A stretch of DNA of 25,481 nucleotides from an uncultured Candidatus Cloacimonadota bacterium (GCA_964608295.1 CAZSOM010000001.1:1-25481), one strand, 5' to 3'. Shown: positions 1 to 7,345, counted from the stretch's first letter. Notes: generated by a model from the sequence alone, not told the origin. Numbers and translations: made by a program.

Positions 1-2
1 CT

Positions 3-626
3 GTAATTCTGGGACTTCTTATCGCAATTACTTCCATGTTCTGGGGAAGAAGATTCTGTGGATACGTGTGTCCATTTGGTACAGCTCAGGAAATGATCTT
101 CAATTTAAATCCAAACTATAAAAAGAAAAAGCCGCTCAATCTTCCGGTTTGGCTGTACAGATTTCTTAATGTCTTAAAATATGTGATCATGCTCATCACC
201 ATTATAGCTGTTTTCCGTTCCGCCCAGTATGTTTACATGAAGTTTTGTCCGGTGCTGGCAGTATCTCATCCGCAGAATATCACACTTTATTCTTTAGCCA
301 CGTTGTTTGTGATCTTCATTATTGGATTCTTTATAAACAGATTCTGGTGCAGGTATTTATGCCCTTATGCTGCTTTGATGAATGTATTTCAATATATTGG
401 GAAATTACTACATATCAAAACCAGCAAAATTCATGTCAGTGAGGATCATTGTTTAGATTGCCGGTTATGTACAAAAGCCTGTCCAATGCAGATCGTGATC
501 CATGAAGTTAAACGGGTGGAAGATGTGAATTGCATTTTTTGTTTGAAATGCCAACAGAGCTGTCCGGTTGAGAATTGTATAGTTCTTGATACAATTAAAT
601 TGAAGAACAAGAAGAAATTGGATTAA
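3..626 (+). CDS. Membrane-bound 4Fe-4S-binding polyferredoxin (NapH/MauN/CcoG-like), 5'-truncated by the window edge
   Basis: The frame is open from base 3 (VILGLLIAITSM...), so ATG 36 is probably internal. It has two CxxxCP motifs (GRRFCGYVCPFG, RFWCRYLCPYA) between hydrophobic helices and a C-terminal 2x[4Fe-4S] domain (CLDCRLCTKACP, CIFCLKCQQSCP). Confidence 0.88.
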   Translation, partial: VILGLLIAITSMFWGRRFCGYVCPFGTAQEMIFNLNPNYKKKKPLNLPVWLYRFLNVLKYVIMLITIIAVFRSAQYVYMKFCPVLAVSHPQNITLYSLATLFVIFIIGFFINRFWCRYLCPYAALMNVFQYIGKLLHIKTSKIHVSEDHCLDCRLCTKACPMQIVIHEVKRVEDVNCIFCLKCQQSCPVENCIVLDTIKLKNKKKLD

Positions 627-666
627 TTATTGCGTACATAAATACAATTAATAAATGGAGATAAAA

Positions 667-1197
667 ATGAATAAAAGATTAATGATCTTGATCGCAATTT
701 TAAGTATAATTGCTTTCAATGTATACGCGCAGACAGAAGAGAAAATTGAATTAACTAAATATTCCGGTAAACTGAAACAGATAGCCGGAAGTTGGTTTTT
801 GAATACAGGCGAAGATGTGATAGAACTATCACTTGCACCCGATGAATTTCTGAAAGAGAATGAACTCGAACTTACTTCAAAAATGGAATTAATCTTGAAT
901 GGAATAATGCAGGAAGAGCAGCTGGTGGTTCATTCTATCATAATTGAAGAAACTGAACTCAAACTAAGAGATGAAGCAGGTGCACAGTTGTGGCAGATCA
1001 AACCATATTATGTGGAAGCTGATAAATGTATTGGTTGCCGGATGTGTGTTTCGCCTTGTCCTCAAGGTGCAATAACAATGGTAAAAGGTGTTGCTGTGAT
1101 CGATGCTGATAAATGTGATGGTGATGGTATTTGTGCGAATGGTGATGGCAAAAGATACAAAGGCTGTCCGGTAAATGCTATTAAACAAACTGAATAA
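667..1197 (+). CDS. Secreted protein with an N-terminal beta-rich (OB-fold-like) domain and a C-terminal ferredoxin domain
   Basis: GGAG at 657-660 favours ATG 667 over 655. Sec-type signal MNKRLMILIAILSIIAFNVYA|Q, followed by CIGCRMCVSPCP and an atypical CDGDGIC-x10-CP. Confidence 0.8.
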   Translation: MNKRLMILIAILSIIAFNVYAQTEEKIELTKYSGKLKQIAGSWFLNTGEDVIELSLAPDEFLKENELELTSKMELILNGIMQEEQLVVHSIIIEETELKLRDEAGAQLWQIKPYYVEADKCIGCRMCVSPCPQGAITMVKGVAVIDADKCDGDGICANGDGKRYKGCPVNAIKQTE

Positions 1198-1224
1198 ATT
1201 ATTATAAATTAGATTTGGGAAAAA

Positions 1225-3021
1225 ATGAATAAATTATTTTTATTACTTTTGCTCATCGGACTTTTTGTTATCAGTTGTACCGATACTCTTGATAAAACAA
1301 CTAATCTTAACAGCAATCCCCGTATTGAATATTCTTCCTGTACCAGTTGTTATGAATGTGTTGATCTTTTCAACTGTCCCGAGAATGCGATCAAGTTGGA
1401 TAATCGAACACAAACCATGTACATTGATGCAGATCTCTGCACGGGATGTATGGATTGTATCAATCTGTTTTCCTGCCCGGATGATGCGTTTACAATTGAT
1501 GTAGACAATATAAAACCTGCTCAGATCAATGATGTCATTGCAGCATCAGACTCAATTGGGAAGATGAATATTCAATTTACTGCAACAGGTGATGATTCAA
1601 CTACAGGTAGAGCTTTCAAGTATGAACTGGTGCTTAAAGATTCTAATAATCAGATCATTGAGAATGATTTTATCACACCTTTACCGCAAAATGCCGGCGC
1701 AATTGAGAATTGGGATTTGGAGAATTTACCGGAAGACGAACTGGTGACTCTGGAGATTGAAGCATTCGATGAACTTGATCAAGTTTCTCTTCCAGCAATA
1801 CAAGAAGTACAGATCTTGGGTGAGATAATTGATGAAGAACCTCCCTGCTCAATTGATGATATAGCAGTCAGCTCTATGTCTATGAATTCGTTCCAGGTAA
1901 ATTGGACTGCACCCGGAGATGATGGTGATCTTGGAATTTCAAGCTATTATATTGTTAAAGTTCACACAGAAAATATTAATGATTCAAATTGGGAAATAAT
2001 AGAGGAATATGAGCAGAATATAGTTCCTCAAGAAGCAGGAAATGAAGAAGTTATAATCATCGTAAATCTTGATCCGGTTACGGAATATTTTGTCGGGATT
2101 AAAGCAGTTGATGAAGTTGAAAATATCTCTCAGCTTTCTAATATAGCACAAGCGGCAACAACAGCTATTCCAGACGAAACTTCTCCTTCTGCAATTACGG
2201 ATCTGCAGGCTGATCCTACTGACGAGTTGATCGAACTAACATGGACTGCAACTGGTGATGATGGAGATGAAGGAACAGCTTATAATTATGAGATCAGGAT
2301 TTCACAATCGGTAATTACATCAGGCAATTGGAGTGATGCTGAACTTCTGGAAGGTGCTCCCTGGCCTTTGGAATCAGGTTCATCTCAGAATTATACTGTA
2401 GAAGATCTGCAACTTGGGATCACCTATTATTTTGCGATCAAAGCATTTGATGAAAGTGATAATGTCTCTCCGCTTTCGAATGTTCCCGATGCAAGCTTAA
2501 TCAACGATATTACCGCACCGGCAGATATTACAGATCTGGTAGTTTATGAAGGTAGTACATCTAATTTAAGCACAATAAAGATCATGTGGACTGCACCGGG
2601 TGATGATGGATCGCAAGGAATTGCAAATCATTATGAGATCAGGTATTCAACTTCTTTGATCACAGCATCAAACTGGGGAAATGCCACTATCTTCAATGAT
2701 CCACCAGTACCACAAAATGCCGGAACTTCCCAATATTGTTATGTTAATGTGCTGGAAGCTGCAACGATCTACTATTTTGCCATTAAAGCTTATGATGAGA
2801 ATGGTAACGTAAATCAGGTTTCTAATTCACCGGCAGGCAAAATAGTCTTTCAGATCAATACAGGAGCATGTCGCAATTGCAGTAACTGTATTTATGATTG
2901 TAATTATGATGCCATCCTGCAGGGTCCCGGTTATAAATATATAGATCCTGATCTATGCCAGGCTTGTGGAGATTGCACCTGTCCCTGGAATTTAATCTAT
3001 AAAGCAGTTGTTGCATATTAG
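1225..3021 (+). CDS. Lipoprotein: 2x[4Fe-4S] domain, four fibronectin type III repeats, 2x[4Fe-4S] domain
   Basis: Lipobox-like VIS|C18. N-terminal CTSCYEC-x5-CP and CTGCMDC-x5-CP. Four ~110-aa repeats with (W/F)TA(P/T)GDD and (Y)xxxIxAxDE motifs. C-terminal CRNCSNCIYDC and CQACGDCTCP. Confidence 0.85.
   Translation: MNKLFLLLLLIGLFVISCTDTLDKTTNLNSNPRIEYSSCTSCYECVDLFNCPENAIKLDNRTQTMYIDADLCTGCMDCINLFSCPDDAFTIDVDNIKPAQINDVIAASDSIGKMNIQFTATGDDSTTGRAFKYELVLKDSNNQIIENDFITPLPQNAGAIENWDLENLPEDELVTLEIEAFDELDQVSLPAIQEVQILGEIIDEEPPCSIDDIAVSSMSMNSFQVNWTAPGDDGDLGISSYYIVKVHTENINDSNWEIIEEYEQNIVPQEAGNEEVIIIVNLDPVTEYFVGIKAVDEVENISQLSNIAQAATTAIPDETSPSAITDLQADPTDELIELTWTATGDDGDEGTAYNYEIRISQSVITSGNWSDAELLEGAPWPLESGSSQNYTVEDLQLGITYYFAIKAFDESDNVSPLSNVPDASLINDITAPADITDLVVYEGSTSNLSTIKIMWTAPGDDGSQGIANHYEIRYSTSLITASNWGNATIFNDPPVPQNAGTSQYCYVNVLEAATIYYFAIKAYDENGNVNQVSNSPAGKIVFQINTGACRNCSNCIYDCNYDAILQGPGYKYIDPDLCQACGDCTCPWNLIYKAVVAY
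1504..2840 (+). repeat. Four tandem FN3-like protein repeats (about 1504-1830, 1831-2172, 2173-2505, 2506-2840)
   Basis: Each repeat starts D-x-x-x-P-x-x-I-x-D and contains FTATGDDS / WTAPGDDG / WTATGDDG / WTAPGDDG and a terminal I(E/K)A(F/V/Y)DE strand. Confidence 0.85.
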
Positions 3022-3090
3022 ATAATAAAACTAATCAATCTTGTTTGAGATAATCATGATCAAAATGAATATTAAAAATATTGAGGATAA

Positions 3091-3333
3091 ATGAAAAATA
3101 AAATAATAATAGTTATAATTATCTTAGCCGCAATTTCACTTTTCGCGATCTCCAAGAGTAATATTTTCGTAGAATCAAATTCTTGTATAGGTTGTGGAGA
3201 CTGTGTTAGTGTCTGTCCTGTAAATGCAATTGAAATAATTGATGGAAAAGCTGTTATCGATGCGGAATTATGTATAGATTGTGAAATCTGTATAACAAGT
3301 TGTACTTATAAAGCAATAAGGAAAAATAAATGA
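3091..3333 (+). CDS. Small 2x[4Fe-4S] ferredoxin with an N-terminal signal peptide or membrane anchor
   Basis: GAGGA RBS. MKNKIIIVIIILAAISLFA precedes CIGCGDCVSVCP and CIDCEICITSC. Confidence 0.88.
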   Translation: MKNKIIIVIIILAAISLFAISKSNIFVESNSCIGCGDCVSVCPVNAIEIIDGKAVIDAELCIDCEICITSCTYKAIRKNK

Positions 3334-3575
3334 AAAAAATAGGAATAATATTTTTCCTAATTGTGATCTTCGTAAGTATTATTAGCTGTGAAAAAGTGAG
3401 TAATCCTGAATATAATGTAGATAAAATAGCTTGTAATGCCTGTGGAAATTGTATTAATATCTGTCCGCAGGATGCAGTTGAAATCGGTGAAGACGGCAAG
3501 GCAATAATAGATCAAACTAAATGCAATCAGTGTGGTAAATGTATTACTGTCTGCCCGGAAGATGCTATCTATTAA
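3330..3575 (+). CDS. Small 2x[4Fe-4S] ferredoxin lipoprotein
   Basis: ATGA overlap with the previous gene. Signal MKKIGIIFFLIVIFVSIIS|C, then CNACGNCINICP and CNQCGKCITVCP. Confidence 0.88.
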   Translation: MKKIGIIFFLIVIFVSIISCEKVSNPEYNVDKIACNACGNCINICPQDAVEIGEDGKAIIDQTKCNQCGKCITVCPEDAIY

Positions 3576-3587
3576 AGTGTGAATGAT

Positions 3588-4466
3588 ATGAAGAAAATTT
3601 TAATAATACTTCTAATATCAATCTCATTTTCTCAAGGATTTTCTGAGGAAAAGCAAAATAATAACTTAGAAACAAAATCTAAAAACAAGTATTATAAAAT
3701 AGCCAGGTCATTATATCAAAAACCGTTTGGATCAACCTTATGTATACCATTTATCTGGTTAGGTGATTTAGCAGAAAATAAAAGAGTTAAATCTGATCTA
3801 TCCAACGAGCAAAAATTAGAAGATCCAGATCAACGAAGAAAATTCAACTTAACAAACTGGTCACAACTTTCTCTTAAATACTTCACTACGAATGCTGAGC
3901 ATGATATTGAAATAATCACTGGAGCTTCTCAAGATGCTGATAAAATAAAGGCTCAAGGTAAGTTTGGGCTGAATTATCAACATGAGGTAACAGGTAAGAT
4001 AAGTAAGAAACTTTCTTTTAATGTGAAGGATAATTTTTTCTTCTCTGAGAAAAGTCATGAGCGACGCAATTCATTTCTCACAAATGACCTGAAGCTAGGT
4101 TTTCTATATAATCATGAAACAACTTATCTTAACTTCAAATTGAATAATCGTTATTACGATCCAGATGAAACTAATTTCTTATCATTACCAGCCCTGGGGC
4201 AACATACACAACTAAAAATGGTTTCCAGTGCTGTTGTGCATTTAAAACAGAATTTTGGAAATCTGAACCTGAATGTTTATACGAACTTTAGGGATTTGCA
4301 GTATAGATATGTTGTTCCTATAGAAGAAGAGGATGATGAATATGACGCCCACAGAGCTAGAGATTATGATAGCTATACCGATTCTAAACTTTCTTATCCA
4401 ATCATGGATCATCTGAAGATTTTCGGGAGAGTATACTATAAAGACGAACTTAGGGGGAGGATTTGA
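3588..4466 (+). CDS. N-terminal part of a probable outer-membrane beta-barrel protein (frameshift-split)
   Basis: ATG 3588 gives signal peptide MKKILIILLISISFSQGFS. Alternating amphipathic strands follow (QGKFGLNYQHEV, TNDLKLGFLYN). The ORF ends just where the +1 frame becomes barrel-like. Confidence 0.6.
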   Translation: MKKILIILLISISFSQGFSEEKQNNNLETKSKNKYYKIARSLYQKPFGSTLCIPFIWLGDLAENKRVKSDLSNEQKLEDPDQRRKFNLTNWSQLSLKYFTTNAEHDIEIITGASQDADKIKAQGKFGLNYQHEVTGKISKKLSFNVKDNFFFSEKSHERRNSFLTNDLKLGFLYNHETTYLNFKLNNRYYDPDETNFLSLPALGQHTQLKMVSSAVVHLKQNFGNLNLNVYTNFRDLQYRYVVPIEEEDDEYDAHRARDYDSYTDSKLSYPIMDHLKIFGRVYYKDELRGRI

Positions 4467-4509
4467 ATATGACAATAACATTAATCTCTTCAGTTCTCTC
4501 AAAGCAAAA

Positions 4510-4992
4510 GTGCAATACTACAAAAGAATTTCTGCTAAGATCAATAATGAACAGGATCATAACCTGATCACACAATTGCGTTATTCAAGGAGATTCCGTA
4601 ATGGGATTTCCGGTTTTGTTTCCTATATAAACCGTTCTTGTTATGATGATGAAACTTCTCAAGTTTATCGTGTTTCTAATATGCTCAGAGTTCATACGAT
4701 GTATTCCTATGCACTTGAAAACCTTAATAACTCTTATGTCTTGGTTGGAATTAAATATAACCCTGAAAATGAAGGCTCGCTTGGTTTTATTGAACAAAAT
4801 CAGTATCTGGTCAAAGATATTTATTCAACTGTTGCTATAAAATATTCAGTTGATCTTTTTACTTCATACTCAGTGAAAATGGAATATTTCCTGAATTCAT
4901 TACAATCATTTTGGATCAAAGATGAATTTGTAGATTATTATAATATTCATACTCAGAATTTAATTTTCATTGGTTCTACAATAATATTTTAA
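4510..4992 (+). CDS. C-terminal part of the same beta-barrel (frame open from 4417; GTG 4510 is probably not a true start)
   Basis: The upstream in-frame sequence reads TNLGGGFEYDNNINLFSSLKAKVQYY. Amphipathic strands continue to a terminal Phe (GSTIIF*), typical of a BAM recognition signal. Confidence 0.6.
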   Translation: MQYYKRISAKINNEQDHNLITQLRYSRRFRNGISGFVSYINRSCYDDETSQVYRVSNMLRVHTMYSYALENLNNSYVLVGIKYNPENEGSLGFIEQNQYLVKDIYSTVAIKYSVDLFTSYSVKMEYFLNSLQSFWIKDEFVDYYNIHTQNLIFIGSTIIF

Positions 4993-5004
4993 AAAAAGGT
5001 AAAT

Positions 5005-5985
5005 ATGATAAAAACATTAATTGAAGGAGCAATTCTAGGGTTAACTACAGGAACAACATGCTTGATCACCTGTTCTCCTATCTACTTGCCTTATTTGATC
5101 TCTGAAGATAGAAAATTAGGTAAAAGCCTTTTGGCTGTTTTGGAGATCTCTGCTGGAAGGTTTATTTCCTATCTTGCTTTTGGCGCTATTGCTGGATATA
5201 CCGGAGCTCAAATTGCTTCAGTTAACCGTGAGTTGTTTACTTCGATTGCCTACATTTTACTCTCAGCTTATCTTGTGCTTTCTGCAGTAAGGACCAATAA
5301 AAAAACTAAAAGTTGTCATGTACCCAAAATGGCTAAATTCACTAAAAGCGGTTTTATCCTGGGGATTCTCACCGGTATAAATTTTTGTCCTTCCTTCTTG
5401 ATTGCACTCTCTAAAGCTGTAGATCTAGGTGGTGCTCTCAGTGGTATGATGCTGTTTATGGGATTTTTCTTTGGAACATCCATCTTCCTGCTGCCACTTG
5501 CCTTTATTGGTCAAATTTCTAAAGTCAGCAAAATGAAACTAATTGCCCAATATGCTTCAATTCTTGTTGCTATCTGGTTTACATTTGCTGGAGTTAAAGG
5601 GCTTATTCATTATCAGGAACATGTTAGATTGGAAGCTCAGCCAGCAAGATTAGTGGAAGCATTTAATCCAAATATACCGTTGGCTGTTGTTGCTTCAAAA
5701 GAAAATTCCGTTTATTTTACATCATTACAAGATTCCTTGAAGAAATACACACCGCAGGACGTTCATTATTTTCAATATCATAAATCAGTACTTGATTCTT
5801 TGAATAAATTTCAAGAAATTGTCTTGGTTATAGACTCCACAATTTTAAATGAGAGTTTCGATAACTATGATTACTTCCAGGTTGAACCGGATTATAATTT
5901 ACCCAGAATGCTAAAATTTATGAAATTCTATACATTCAAAACAAGAACTCATCTGCACTGGGAATTTATTGAAAAAGAAAAATAG
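5005..5985 (+). CDS. DsbD_2 / TauE-SafE-like (CcdA-like) membrane thiol protein with a C-terminal soluble extension
   Basis: About six hydrophobic helices with intramembrane Cys motifs GTTCLITCSP and GINFCP, GR motif in TM2, and a ~120-aa hydrophilic tail. Confidence 0.72.
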   Translation: MIKTLIEGAILGLTTGTTCLITCSPIYLPYLISEDRKLGKSLLAVLEISAGRFISYLAFGAIAGYTGAQIASVNRELFTSIAYILLSAYLVLSAVRTNKKTKSCHVPKMAKFTKSGFILGILTGINFCPSFLIALSKAVDLGGALSGMMLFMGFFFGTSIFLLPLAFIGQISKVSKMKLIAQYASILVAIWFTFAGVKGLIHYQEHVRLEAQPARLVEAFNPNIPLAVVASKENSVYFTSLQDSLKKYTPQDVHYFQYHKSVLDSLNKFQEIVLVIDSTILNESFDNYDYFQVEPDYNLPRMLKFMKFYTFKTRTHLHWEFIEKEK

Positions 5986-6030
5986 TACTTTCAGCATGGT
6001 TGTTAAAATCTCTATAAAATAGATATCTTT

Positions 6031-6082
6031 CCTGTCATCCTGAGCCCTTCGACAAGCTCAGGACAGGCTTAGTCGAAGGATG
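6031..6082. repeat. REP-like palindromic element, nested form (GTCATCCTGAGC / CCTTCGAC family)
   Basis: CCTTCGAC 6046-6053 is the inverted repeat of GTCGAAGG 6072-6079, and CCTGAGC 6039-6045 pairs with GCTCAGG 6056-6062. The same family occurs at 18626-18689. Confidence 0.75.
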
Positions 6083-6144
6083 GAATTATCTCTCATATTT
6101 CTTAGATACATTACTTCTATAGGATTAAATTTTTGCTTATCAAA

Positions 6145-6172
6145 TTGACAATTACACAAACAAAATTATTTC
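6145..6172 (+). promoter_or_regulatory. Putative sigma70-type promoter for the 6192 gene pair
   Basis: Perfect TTGACA at 6145-6150 upstream of RBS GAGGA. The -10 element is unclear. Confidence 0.4.
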
Positions 6173-6191
6173 TCTTCTCATGAGGAAAGTT

Positions 6192-7337
6192 ATGAAATTA
6201 AAATTCGTATTCTTACTAATTATGGGATTATCATTCTTAAATGCGAAACCAGTAGATAAATCTATAACGCTTGGAATTTTCTATCCCTGGTCCACAAACA
6301 AATCCAAACTGGAATCTACTAATTTTAACTTATCTCTTTTTCAAAATAGTGTAGGCAATGTTGAAGGTGCCAGCATTTCAGGATTCTCAGCAATCTGTAA
6401 TGGCAGTGTAAATGGAATTCAGGCATCACTTCTATATTCCCAGATTAATAAAGATCTACAGGGCATCTCGTTCTCCACTGTGAATGTGGTGAACCAAAGC
6501 ATTTTGGGTGTTCAAGCCGGGATTGCATTCAACCTTTTGGGAAAAAGTTTTTCCGGATATCAGGTCGTAGGAGCGATGAATTTTGTGGGTGGATATTTCA
6601 GGGGAATGCAACAGTCTGCTGTTTTTAATATTGTAGGAAGAGATTTTTACGGGCTGCAGTCAGCCGTAGTCGGGAACGTTGTAGGTGGTGGTTTTAAAGG
6701 CGCTCAGTTTGGAACAACTTTCAATTTTGTTGCACGTAAAATGTCTGGTCTCCAAACCGCAAGTTTGAATGTGTGCGCAGAGCTTAAGGGTGTTCAATTG
6801 GGCATTGGGAACATCACCCAGTTAAATCGGGGTTGGCAGATCGGATTGATGAATCTCGCGGAGCAACAAGAAGGTGTACCAATTGGACTTATTAATATTT
6901 CGGATGATGGAAATATCCGCTGGCAGAACTACATCAGTAATTTTGCTGGTTTTGTTACTGCTATCCGGTTTGAATCCAATAATTTTGTTTCCAGTTTGGA
7001 AATAGGAGCACCCAATTTAGAATCTGAAATTGAAGAATCTGTTTTGTTCGGGTTTCATTACGGTTATAGAGTTCCCTGGAAAAGATTAGGATTTGAGACC
7101 GATTTCGGTTTCTTCCATGTAATTTATGAACCCGATAATGAAGAGAGTGATATTCCCAATAGTTTTGCGCTACAACTGCGTTTTTCCTGTTCTTTACGTA
7201 TAACTGAGAATGTTTCAATTTTCGGAGGAATCGGGGGTTCCACCATGGCTGACTATCCTGATTTGGATGATGAGGACGCAGAAACAGTAACTTCGGAAGA
7301 TAGGCTACTCTATTTCTGTGGAATAAATCTATTTTGA
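6192..7337 (+). CDS. LA_2272-type surface-repeat protein (beta-solenoid) with a probable C-terminal beta-barrel
   Basis: GAGGA RBS favours ATG 6192. Signal peptide, then tandem 14-16-aa G-x-Q-x4/5-N repeats. The C-terminal amphipathic strands end CGINLF*. Confidence 0.75.
   Translation: MKLKFVFLLIMGLSFLNAKPVDKSITLGIFYPWSTNKSKLESTNFNLSLFQNSVGNVEGASISGFSAICNGSVNGIQASLLYSQINKDLQGISFSTVNVVNQSILGVQAGIAFNLLGKSFSGYQVVGAMNFVGGYFRGMQQSAVFNIVGRDFYGLQSAVVGNVVGGGFKGAQFGTTFNFVARKMSGLQTASLNVCAELKGVQLGIGNITQLNRGWQIGLMNLAEQQEGVPIGLINISDDGNIRWQNYISNFAGFVTAIRFESNNFVSSLEIGAPNLESEIEESVLFGFHYGYRVPWKRLGFETDFGFFHVIYEPDNEESDIPNSFALQLRFSCSLRITENVSIFGGIGGSTMADYPDLDDEDAETVTSEDRLLYFCGINLF
6507..6896 (+). repeat. G-x-Q-x4/5-N protein repeats (five of 16 aa, then 14-aa units)
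   Basis: GVQAGIAFNLLGKSFS / GYQVVGAMNFVGGYFR / GMQQSAVFNIVGRDFY / GLQSAVVGNVVGGGFK / GAQFGTTFNFVARKMS / GLQTASLNVCAELK / GVQLGIGNITQLNR / GWQIGLMNLAEQQE / GVPIGLIN. Confidence 0.85.
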
Positions 7338-7345
7338 GGTTACTT

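Noticed and set aside
4464-4472. Selenocysteine or TGA read-through of the 3588 ORF
   Set aside because: A second in-frame TGA follows two codons later, and the barrel-like continuation is in a different frame.
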